From NCBI GenBank assembly GCA_035289345.1, contig DATDXK010000129.1, forward strand, positions 1-33,209: a DNA stretch of 33,209 nucleotides, in the 5' to 3' direction. This DNA is from Candidatus Nanoarchaeia archaeon. Lineage in GTDB: Archaea; Nanobdellota; Nanobdellia; Woesearchaeales; GW2011-AR9. Below are positions 14,872 to 23,046 of this stretch, piece after piece (position 1 is the first letter of the stretch; each line of letters opens with the position of its first letter). The notes under the pieces were generated by a model that was not told the origin of the DNA, did no database searches, and saw only the letters and a list, made by a program, of their open reading frames with translations. Made by a program: the position numbers and the translations under genes.

Positions 14872-15478
14872 TTTTTCTTCCTCGTATCAGGTTGCAATAC
14901 TCAATAAAACCATAATAAATAATGCTGTTTTTATAAATCTGCTTGCCTACATTTTCAGATTCCGCTTTAAGCATTTCTAGGAATTCGTCTCTAGTAAAAA
15001 TGTGATAATCTATTGGTTTTATCTCTCTTCGTTTTACAGTTTCCAAGAGTGGCGCTATTTCTTTTTTCGTTTGTTCAGATTCAATAATAACAGCTAGATC
15101 TAAATCTGATTTTTCAGTTGCTTTATTCTTAGCATAGCTTCCAAAAATTATTAAAATAAAAAAGTCTGTTTGTTTTGATATTTTTTTCTGGACTTCTGAG
15201 AGTATTTCTTTTGGAAACTTTCTTTTTTGAAGGTCTAAGTCGTTGATTAAATTGAGGTAGGATAAGGTTGCATTATTAGCAAGGTTTAGAGAATAAGTAG
15301 TTACGTCACCAGTTATTTTCGTTTTAACTAAATTCTGCTCTTTAAACTCTCTTAAGGCAATTTGGACGATATTATTTGATTTCTGTTTGCTTTCTTCTTT
15401 AATTTGTTTAAAAGTCAAACTAGCGAAAAGGTCTTTCTTGAAGACGCCCAAAATTGCTAATTGTTGTTTGGTAAGCAT
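14864..15478 (-). CDS. Nucleotidyltransferase (MNT) with N-terminal winged-helix domain
   Basis: IIFGSYAKNKATEKSDLDLAVII (GS-x9-12-D-x-D motif); N-terminal wHTH-like region. Confidence 0.75.
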   Translation of the reverse strand: MLTKQQLAILGVFKKDLFASLTFKQIKEESKQKSNNIVQIALREFKEQNLVKTKITGDVTTYSLNLANNATLSYLNLINDLDLQKRKFPKEILSEVQKKISKQTDFFILIIFGSYAKNKATEKSDLDLAVIIESEQTKKEIAPLLETVKRREIKPIDYHIFTRDEFLEMLKAESENVGKQIYKNSIIYYGFIEYCNLIRGRKNE

Positions 15479-15602
15479 TTTACCTATTATTTGGTATTTA
15501 GTTACCTAAAAATAGGTTAAGTAGTATAAAAATGTTTGCTTTGTTGTAGTACCACTTAACAGATACGAAAGATTTATAACTCAGCAGATTAAAAGTTACT
15601 TT

Positions 15603-15722
15603 ATGGATAGCGGAGAATTAGAACAGCAAATTGAAAGAGAACTTAGAGAGCTAAGCGCTACAGAAGGACCGTTTGCTTTTAGTAGGCTGTACGAGCGGTA
15701 TTCTGTTGAAGATAATGTCTAG
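15603..15722 (+). CDS. Possible 39-aa protein (not in ORF track)
   Basis: MDSGELEQQIERELRELSATEGPFAFSRLYERYSVEDNV; tttataac (15573-15580) lies 23 nt upstream, the spacing seen at confirmed genes. Confidence 0.3.
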   Translation: MDSGELEQQIERELRELSATEGPFAFSRLYERYSVEDNV

Positions 15723-16320
15723 CCAGCATATAACCAGTAGTGGCTAGCAGCAGGCTTAGGACAAAAATCCTTAGGCCCAGCAGCATAAAAAAATCTGGCG
15801 GAAAAGTCTTTATCAGCAATGAATCTGCTGGAAACAGCCAGTTTCCCTGAGGGAAGAAAAGATAGTGAAATAAAGTAAAAACAGAATTGAAGCCAAACAG
15901 TATCGCCAGAAAAATCGCCACTGCGCTAATGATGGCAATCATGCTTCCTGCTTTCAACCATTTTAACAGCTCTAGTTTACGACTGCGGAAATAGCTTAAT
16001 AAGAAGACGTTTAGCAGCAGTAAGCCATAAAATAAGTAATCAATTTTATTCATCACTGCTCGCACATCTTGCAAATGCAAAATTTCTGCTTCAGTGTAAT
16101 ATTTAATTTCTTGCTCATGCTGTCCGGGGTTATTTTCAGTATCGATTTTATTGATTAATAGTGATTTCTGCAATGGCAGTTCCTGTTTCCCCCTTAAATA
16201 ATCAATCGTCTGTTGCTGTTCCATCGTCAAAGGGCTAAACAGCAGCATTAATTTGTAACCCAGCAAGAAGAGAAAGACCGTAAAAATTATTCCCCAGATG
16301 ATCTGAATCGCTTTAGCCAT
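15679..16320 (-). CDS. Integral membrane protein, TIGR01906/DUF1461-like (tentative)
   Basis: 213 aa, N-terminal TM plus 4 C-terminal TMs; TEAEILHLQDVRAVM resembles the E-x2-H-x-x-DV motif. Confidence 0.45.
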   Translation of the reverse strand: MAKAIQIIWGIIFTVFLFLLGYKLMLLFSPLTMEQQQTIDYLRGKQELPLQKSLLINKIDTENNPGQHEQEIKYYTEAEILHLQDVRAVMNKIDYLFYGLLLLNVFLLSYFRSRKLELLKWLKAGSMIAIISAVAIFLAILFGFNSVFTLFHYLFFPQGNWLFPADSLLIKTFPPDFFMLLGLRIFVLSLLLATTGYMLARHYLQQNTARTAY

Positions 16321-16612
16321 TTTAAGATATCGTTATTCTAACTTATTATCGAGGGGGTTTGAATAACCGATCATATTTGTTCAAACCACTAATAGATTAC
16401 TTTGAGGAACCCCTGGAAAATGTGGTCAATCAAAGTCTTCTATCATTCTAACTTGTGGAGAAAGAAAAAACAGATTGAACTATAAATTTTTTGTTTTATT
16501 GGTAAATCAAGCGGAGAATTAGCCCAAAAACAATAATCTGCAGCAGGAATATTTATGAAGTAGTTTAAACAGCTTAGCCTCATTCAGGTAGCTAAAAAAA
16601 GAGGGTAGAGGC

Positions 16613-17170
16613 GTGGGTGTTGCAGTTAAGTTTACAATGCTGTTTTTAAGTACCTATAGTTCTAGCCTGCAGGAATCACCAGCATCTACAGCAGCCTGCC
16701 AGGCTCAGTATAAGCCCTTTTCACAATCAGCAAAATCACTTTTTGCTGAAGTAGCACCTTTAGCAGGAGTTCCCCGCTCCTGGGCTTACAGTTCCGGGCT
16801 GCATTCTATCCTTAGCCAGGAATCTGAAGGCTTGGTGGGCGTTCCAAACTATAGCATTAAGGATCAATATGGAAAGCCAGCCAAAAATAATCCTGAATTG
16901 TGGTCTGGCATACATCATTTAATCAGGCAGGGTGAGAAAGGCAGCTCTAGAGCTTCCTCCAGCGCTACCGGTCTAGGGCAGTTGCTGGCAACTAATGCCG
17001 ATACATTTTATCCTTCAGGAAGAGTCGGCATTGGAGATTGCCGGGAAGAAGCGGTAGGCATGCTTAGATATATCAAAGCTGCCTATGGCAGTCCCAGTAA
17101 GGCCTGGAATTGTTATGGTAAAATCAGTAAAAATTACTGTTCTGGAAAAAGATTTAAGGAAGGCTATTAA
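16613..17170 (+). CDS. Lytic transglycosylase (SLT/GH23-like) domain protein
   Basis: ILSQESEG (catalytic Glu-Ser), SSATGLGQLLATN, LRYIKAAYGSPSKAW; alternative start ATG 16637. Confidence 0.55.
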   Translation: MGVAVKFTMLFLSTYSSSLQESPASTAACQAQYKPFSQSAKSLFAEVAPLAGVPRSWAYSSGLHSILSQESEGLVGVPNYSIKDQYGKPAKNNPELWSGIHHLIRQGEKGSSRASSSATGLGQLLATNADTFYPSGRVGIGDCREEAVGMLRYIKAAYGSPSKAWNCYGKISKNYCSGKRFKEGY

Positions 17171-17205
17171 TTCAAGAGAAGCTATTAATATAGATTTGAT
17201 AGTTA

Positions 17206-17355
17206 TGCACACACACACAAAAAAAATTCGCTGGGTGTAAAACCCCGCCCTTTAGGGCGAAATTTTTGCATGCTAAAAATGCGTAGTTGAGAAACCACCT
17301 CTTTTGAAACCTCGTCATTTATGGCGAGGTGAGGCGGTTTCACGCATTTTTATCA
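17206..17355 (+). mobile_element. 139-nt double-hairpin element, copy 4 (150 nt, left arm expanded)
   Basis: (CA)6 at 17208-17219 and A8 in place of A6; one stem substitution (gaaaccacctc). Confidence 0.8.
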
Positions 17356-17431
17356 TAACTATAATTATGCCTTGAATATTTAGGCCTTAGATTCATAATC
17401 TTAAAATAAAGGTTCCTTAAGCAATGGACAG

Positions 17432-18133
17432 ATGGAATTTCAGCAGGATTTGTTTAATGATTTAGTGATAGATCATTCTGTGATCCAGATTACTACAACA
17501 CCAATTAAGCTTAAATCCGGACGGGAATCTAATTTTTATGTTAACTGGAGAAACCTTACCAGTGATGCCTTCATGGTTAGGGTCATAGCTGATCATGTCA
17601 TTAAGAAATCATTGGATTTAGGCCAGATACATGGATTTAGGCCAGACACATTTTATGGAGTTCCCGAGGGGGCCACTGGATTGGGTATAATTACTCAATA
17701 TGAATGGGCCTCATTTACCCCAAATTATGCGCCCGGGAGCCATGTTATTTCCCTGGGCAGGAAAATTTCTAAAAGCCATGGGCAAGTGCAGGACAAATAT
17801 TTCATTGGCCAGCCCAAAGGCCGAACTATTCTGCTGGAGGATACAATCACCACCGCCAGTTCGGTATTAGCTGAGTTGGAGCGTCTAGAGGATGCTGGCA
17901 TCGATGTTGTTGCCGTATTAGCTCTTACTGACCGGATGCAGTTAAGCGAAAACAACAGGTCAGCACGGGAACAAATAACTTCTCGCGGAGTTATCTACGA
18001 TTCCTTAAGCAATGCTTTAAGTGTGTTGCCGCTTGCTTACAGAAAATTAAAGGATGGCCCAGATAAGCTTAAACTGATGGAAAAGCTTAAATTGGAATTT
18101 TTTGATTATGGCGTTGAACAGCTCAAATTATGA
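17432..18133 (+). CDS. pyrE: Orotate phosphoribosyltransferase-like type I PRTase
   Basis: IKLKSGRESNFYVNWR, FYGVPEGATGLG, PRPP loop RTILLEDTITTASS. Confidence 0.55.
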   Translation: MEFQQDLFNDLVIDHSVIQITTTPIKLKSGRESNFYVNWRNLTSDAFMVRVIADHVIKKSLDLGQIHGFRPDTFYGVPEGATGLGIITQYEWASFTPNYAPGSHVISLGRKISKSHGQVQDKYFIGQPKGRTILLEDTITTASSVLAELERLEDAGIDVVAVLALTDRMQLSENNRSAREQITSRGVIYDSLSNALSVLPLAYRKLKDGPDKLKLMEKLKLEFFDYGVEQLKL

Positions 18134-18195
18134 CTCGCTCTAGGTTTCTAGCCAGCAATAATTGATGGTTTACTGTGATAATTGACTGCTTACTT

Positions 18196-20028
18196 TCAAG
18201 CATCTTTTTTTTCATCGATAATCTTCTTTAATTCTTCAGAAATAAATTTTCCGGATGCTTTTCCTGCCAATTCCTTCATGGCCATCCCCATCAGGGCTGC
18301 AAAAGGCGCCCCTTTATTTTTTTTAACAATCTCATTCAGCTTTTTATGAATATCTTCAGTTCCCAGCGTAAAATAATAATCGATATTGAATGTTCCTTTC
18401 ACCATGTCAATCAATACGTCTAAGACGATATCTTTATGAATCTTGTTTTTATCCAGATACATGAATAATAATTCAAAATTTTCTTCTGTAAGTAATTCTT
18501 GGTTTAAGCCATAATTTCGTTTTATTTCTAAAGGAATGGAAACCAAGGTCTCGGCGATAAAGGCCGGTTTCTGCAACGGGTATTTGGCCACCAAATCCTC
18601 AAATAAATATAACCATGATGATCTGGCTACAGCCGCAGCCAAGTCCTTGCTTAATCCAAGCCGTTCTTGAAAGCGTGTTATTTTATCTTCCAGCAGTTCC
18701 GGCAATTGAATCTGCTGAAGGTCTGGAATAATTAAAGGGATATCGGTTTCCGGATACATTCTAGCCGCTCCGGGTATCGGCCTAAGGTAAGAGGTAAGGC
18801 CGTCAGGATTAACTTTTCTCACTTCAGCCGGCACTCCAGTTATAATCTCTAAAGCCCGCTCATATACTGCTTCCAGAGACAATTTTGTTTTCTGGACGGA
18901 ACCGGCTACCAGCACGAAAGCGTCACCATTATGACATTTTAATTCCTGAGAAATTCTATCTACATCTTCTTTAGTTATCCCATAATTTGGCAGCTCGTCA
19001 GAATGAAAAATGCCCTTGATATCAGCTTTTATCTTAGCTCTCCAGGCCAGCTCTGTCCCGAGGCGGTAATTTGGCTGCAGTTTTCTGCCTAAATAACCAG
19101 AAAGCCCATTTAATCTAATCGCGGCAATTCTTTCCTTATTTTCTAAAGCCATTTTAATGATCCTGGAAGGGCATTCTTTGAGCAGGGCAGTAAGATCGTA
19201 AATCCTGAATGGGACTAATTTAAGATGCTCTAATTCATTTCTGATTTTAATTAGTTCTTCCTGCCGCTTCATCTCCAGCTGGATGATTTCTGGCATGCTC
19301 CTTAAGTCCTGCGCGCCCTTGATCTCGATTCTGCTGCCGCCGATAATTGAGACATTAACATCCTGCCTGATGCTGCCTAATCCCCTCTTGATCCCTGGCA
19401 ACGACCTTAAAATTAAGCCAATCTTCTGGGCTGCCTCTTTACCTTGTTCTGGTGTCTTGATGTCCGGCGCCGTGCCAATCTCTATCAAAGGAATGCCCAA
19501 TCGATCCAGGCGGTAAGTCTGGCCCTCAGTGCTTCCAGAAACTATTTTACAAGAATCCTCTTCCAGTGAAATATTAGTTATCCTTACATCACCACCACTG
19601 GTTTTAATTAGTCCATTCCTGGAAACAAGCGCTGTCCTTTGAAATCCAGAAGTATTGGAACCATCAACAACAATTTTTCTCATCACCTGAATTACTGGTG
19701 AGATGCTGGCCTGGACTATTTTTGAGAATTGCAGCGCAGTGTAAAGAGCTTCCTTATTGATGGCCAGCGGCGGCTGTTCATCGCATTCTACCAGACAGGT
19801 AGTGTCATGATATCCTTCATAAGTAAAAGTCCTGTTTCTCAACTGTTCCTGTTCAGCAGCAATATCAATCTCACCAGACTCACCGGCACTGGCTCTCAAC
19901 TTCCTGCTAATCTTGAAATGGGGAAGGTCCTCCCTAAGCTGTGTTAGGCAGTGGCAGAATAGCTTTTGGCCTTCCAGCTGCTGATGAACCTCAATCCCAC
20001 ATTTTAGACCCAATTTTTCAAAAGTCAT
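18196..20028 (-). CDS. gatE: Glutamyl-tRNA(Gln) amidotransferase subunit E
   Basis: 610 aa; LGLKCGIEVHQQLEGQKLFCHC, inserted AspRS-like domain, C-terminal GatB/YqeY-like tail; ttttttaaa 25 nt upstream. Confidence 0.88.
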   Translation of the reverse strand: MTFEKLGLKCGIEVHQQLEGQKLFCHCLTQLREDLPHFKISRKLRASAGESGEIDIAAEQEQLRNRTFTYEGYHDTTCLVECDEQPPLAINKEALYTALQFSKIVQASISPVIQVMRKIVVDGSNTSGFQRTALVSRNGLIKTSGGDVRITNISLEEDSCKIVSGSTEGQTYRLDRLGIPLIEIGTAPDIKTPEQGKEAAQKIGLILRSLPGIKRGLGSIRQDVNVSIIGGSRIEIKGAQDLRSMPEIIQLEMKRQEELIKIRNELEHLKLVPFRIYDLTALLKECPSRIIKMALENKERIAAIRLNGLSGYLGRKLQPNYRLGTELAWRAKIKADIKGIFHSDELPNYGITKEDVDRISQELKCHNGDAFVLVAGSVQKTKLSLEAVYERALEIITGVPAEVRKVNPDGLTSYLRPIPGAARMYPETDIPLIIPDLQQIQLPELLEDKITRFQERLGLSKDLAAAVARSSWLYLFEDLVAKYPLQKPAFIAETLVSIPLEIKRNYGLNQELLTEENFELLFMYLDKNKIHKDIVLDVLIDMVKGTFNIDYYFTLGTEDIHKKLNEIVKKNKGAPFAALMGMAMKELAGKASGKFISEELKKIIDEKKDA

Positions 20029-20125
20029 ACCAGCATCTGAAATCTAATCAGCTTTAAAAAAGTTTGTAGGGGAAGGGTATAATATACCCCCGTAGGCAAA
20101 ATGAGCGCATCAAAGGGCATATAAG

Positions 20126-20260
20126 AAATGGCTAAAAAAGTTCGATTATTTAGCATATTTAGTATATAGCTAGTGTGATAAATTATCGAAGTGACAATGG
20201 TCACTTGCTATATATAAAAATGGCTAAAAAAAATTCGATTATTTAGCATTTTTAGTATAT
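20126..20260 (+). repeat. Pair of 42/43-nt direct repeats (92-nt period) bracketing copy c of the 29-nt repeat (20164-20192)
   Basis: aaatggctaaaaaagttcgattatttagcatatttagtatat / aaatggctaaaaaaaattcgattatttagcatttttagtatat. Confidence 0.7.
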
Positions 20261-20437
20261 GATGCCTGAATCTGTATTAACTTTGATGGCCGTCACGAAA
20301 CGCTGGAGGATGTTTTCGGCAACCGTCCAATGCAGGTGTACAAAATGTTCGATTATTTTCTACAGTATGTATTGAATCAAGGCCTGGTGAAAGAGAATCC
20401 AGAAGAATTATACCGTGTCTTGTATTATTCCCCTCCA

Positions 20438-22144
20438 TCAACTCCTAATTAAATCAATAATCTCTTTAGAAGTCGTAGTCTGCTCAGCAGTCTTGTCCTC
20501 CCTAATCCTGATAAAGCGAGGAAAACGCAAGGCATAACCCAAAGTATGGAACGGGCTTTTTGTAACTTCCGCAGCTAATACTTCCACTACTATCGCTGGC
20601 TCAAACCATAAATCTGGTTCCATTTCCTTCTTCACTTGAACTCGAACCGGTTTTTTGTCTACCTTATATTTCTTTAATTGTTCTGGTAATCCAGCCAGTA
20701 CTTCGTCAGTTAATCCAGTTCCTAATTTGCAGATGGTCTTAAAGGCATCTTCTTTTTGGTCGTAGACCGCGCATAATAATGCGCCATATAGGCCGCTTCT
20801 TCGGCCTTTACCATGGTAGGCACCCACAACTACCAAATCAAAAGTATCTCCCAGATCCTTAACATATTCCTTTTTCCATTTAATCCAGTTCCACCCACGT
20901 GTTCCAGCCTGATATTCCCCCGAAAGTGATTTGATCATGACTCCTTCATAGCCCTCTTGCAGCATCTTTTCAAAAAAAGCTTTCAGTTGAGGCAGTTCTA
21001 TATTGACCAGGCGGTCGCTTAGAGCAATGTGTTTGCTCTGGATAACGATTTTCTTCAACAATTTGTATCTTTGTTCATAGCTTTCCTGCAGCAAGGATTT
21101 TCCATCCAGATATAATAAATCAAACAGTTTAGCCTGGATCGGTATCTTCTTAACATATTCCTGGACATGATGTTTTCTTCTCCTTTGCATCAGCAGTTGG
21201 AAGGGCTGGTGTTTTCCTTGTTCATCGATGGCAATTATCTCTGCCTCCAGGACAAATTCCTTAGCCGTAATTTGCTTTTTAAAATAATCAACCAGATCTG
21301 GAAACTGCTCCGTAATATTTTCCAAGCGGCGAGAAAATAAGACTATTCCTTCCTTACTTTTATGAGCCTGCACCCGCTCTCCATCATATTTTCCTTCCAC
21401 AGCCAATGGGCCGGAAATTTTCCGGGGAATATCTTCCAGTGCTTCTACTCGCTGCGCCAGCATCATCTTAATCGGCCGGCCCAGATGAATTTCCATCTTT
21501 TCTAGCCCAGACAACCCCTTCTTGACGATCGTTTCAGCAATTATTCCGACATCCGGACAAATGTTATAAGCTGTTTCTAAAACTGCCTTGTTTTTCTTTT
21601 CACCAGTATAGGCTAGGGCTAAGGAATCCAGAACGGTCATCTCTCCCACGCCCATTCTTAACGTCCCTAGAACTATCCTGGTAATGTATTTGGCTCCTTT
21701 AGCGGAAGCCCGCTGCAATAATGAAATCAGAAGATTGCATTTAAGATCTTGTGATCCAGCGCCGCTAGCCTGGGCTATTTGCTGCAAATTTTCAAATAAA
21801 TCAGTTATGGTTAATTTTTCTACTGGAACTAAAGTGCGCGGCTTTTTATGCAGTGTTTCTTCAGCAGTTAGCCCGACATCACCAGTCTGATGCATTATTT
21901 TCATAATTGGCGGTAATTCCTTACCGCTGGACCTGGCAATGGCTTTTAAAACTAATTTGTCAGCCAGGCCTAAATTTATTGCGGTAAATCCAGAAGAGAT
22001 TTGCCCTAAAGTGAGGTAAGCTACTATCCTTACTTCTTTAGCCGGAACTTTTTTAAAAAATCCAGAGAGTATTTCCCGCATTTGGTTGCCGGAAGCTGTA
22101 TTCTCTAACTGTTCATATAACTCAACTAATTCCTGGAAGTCCAT
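20438..22144 (-). CDS. lig: ATP-dependent DNA ligase
   Basis: EGKYDGERVQAHK (KxDG adenylation site), EGVMIKS, LVVVGAYHGKGRR, FPRFIRIREDK; start moved to ATG 22144 because a TATA-like box (22169-22176) lies 25 nt upstream, inside the longer ORF. Confidence 0.9.
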   Translation of the reverse strand: MDFQELVELYEQLENTASGNQMREILSGFFKKVPAKEVRIVAYLTLGQISSGFTAINLGLADKLVLKAIARSSGKELPPIMKIMHQTGDVGLTAEETLHKKPRTLVPVEKLTITDLFENLQQIAQASGAGSQDLKCNLLISLLQRASAKGAKYITRIVLGTLRMGVGEMTVLDSLALAYTGEKKNKAVLETAYNICPDVGIIAETIVKKGLSGLEKMEIHLGRPIKMMLAQRVEALEDIPRKISGPLAVEGKYDGERVQAHKSKEGIVLFSRRLENITEQFPDLVDYFKKQITAKEFVLEAEIIAIDEQGKHQPFQLLMQRRRKHHVQEYVKKIPIQAKLFDLLYLDGKSLLQESYEQRYKLLKKIVIQSKHIALSDRLVNIELPQLKAFFEKMLQEGYEGVMIKSLSGEYQAGTRGWNWIKWKKEYVKDLGDTFDLVVVGAYHGKGRRSGLYGALLCAVYDQKEDAFKTICKLGTGLTDEVLAGLPEQLKKYKVDKKPVRVQVKKEMEPDLWFEPAIVVEVLAAEVTKSPFHTLGYALRFPRFIRIREDKTAEQTTTSKEIIDLIRS

Positions 22145-22303
22145 CTTCGGGATGGTAAAGCAGAATGATATAAAAATCTTTGTGGTGGAAAAAACAAATA
22201 TTTTCACAGATAGCTACCGCTAATTGTCAGAAATAAACACACTAACAGAAGTCTAAATTTCTTCAATAACTTTTATAAATAACCAATTGTAAATTTGCTT
22301 AAG

Positions 22304-22866
22304 ATGGCTGCAGCAATAAAACTAGAGCAAGTAAATAAATCTTATTTATTAGACGGCCTGGAAGTGCCAGCCGTGGCCGGAATTTCTCTGACGGTAAATC
22401 AAGGTGAATTTGTAGCCTTAATGGGTCCTAGCGGCTCAGGAAAAAGCACGCTGATGAGCCTCATCGGCTGCTTAGACCAGGCGACTTCCGGAGAGATTTA
22501 TCTTGGAAAGCAAAAGATGCAGCAGTTTTCTGAAAGCGACTTGGCCCAGATTCGTGGCCGAAAAATTGGTTTTATGCAAAAAATTTCGCTGGGTGTAAAA
22601 CCCCGCCCTTTAGGGCGAAATTTTTGCATGCTAAAAATGCGTAGTTGAGAAACCGCCTCTTTTGAAACCTCATCATTTATGGCGAGGTGAGGCGGTTTCA
22701 CGCATTTTTATCATTTTTCAGACTTTTAACTTGATTCCCACCCTTAATGCCTTAGATAATGTGGCTTTGCCAATGATCTTCCAGCGGCAACCCAGTTCCC
22801 TTAGAAAAAGCAAGGCTCACCGGCTGCTAGGCCAGGTTGGCTTAGCTGATCGCTGGTCGGCCCAAT
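22304..22866 (+). pseudogene. MacB/LolD-type ABC transporter ATPase, interrupted by element copy 5 and 3'-truncated
   Basis: Walker A GPSGSGKST; ...RGRKIGF | insert | FQTFNLIPTLNALDNVALP; ends GLADRWSAQ* before the ABC signature and Walker B. Confidence 0.8.
22575..22713 (+). mobile_element. 139-nt double-hairpin element, copy 5, inside the ABC ATPase gene
   Basis: One substitution versus consensus; excision of 139 nt restores G-F-I-F-Q. Confidence 0.85.
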
Positions 22867-23023
22867 AGCTAAAGAATCCGGGTTTCCTTTGATAATCTCC
22901 ATTGAGTTTCCGGTAATATTATTTGGGTTGCTGTTCTCTGTTGTGGCTGGAATCATTGCCGGAGTAATACCGGCCTATCAAGCCTCTAAGCTGAAGCCGA
23001 TGGAGGCGTTAAGATATGAATAG
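22850..23023 (+). pseudogene. C-terminal remnant of the FtsX/MacB-type permease
   Basis: Open frame without start: ...FPVILFGLLFSVVAGIIAGVIPAYQASKLKPMEALRYE*, the last TM and tail of FtsX-family permeases. Confidence 0.65.
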
Positions 23024-23046
23024 AAAAGTTATAAAAGTGTGAAGGT

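Noticed and set aside
20126-20260. Mini CRISPR-like array (two 42-nt repeats with a 50-nt spacer)
   Set aside because: There are only two imperfect repeats. The spacer is itself a member of a dispersed palindromic family, and there is no leader or cas context.
22145-22207. 21-codon N-terminal extension of the DNA ligase (MKIFVFSTTKIF...)
   Set aside because: The TATA-like box at 22169-22176 lies inside it, 25 nt upstream of ATG 22144. The extension is hydrophobic and unlike ligase N-termini.
8994-22713. CRISPR array formed by the 139-nt repeats
   Set aside because: The repeats are about four times too long, are separated by 1-5 kb of genes rather than short spacers, and no cas genes are present.
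22574-22713. In-frame protein insertion or intein-like read-through of the element in the ABC ATPase
   Set aside because: The upstream frame hits tga at 22646-22648 inside the insert, and the downstream part is in a different frame.
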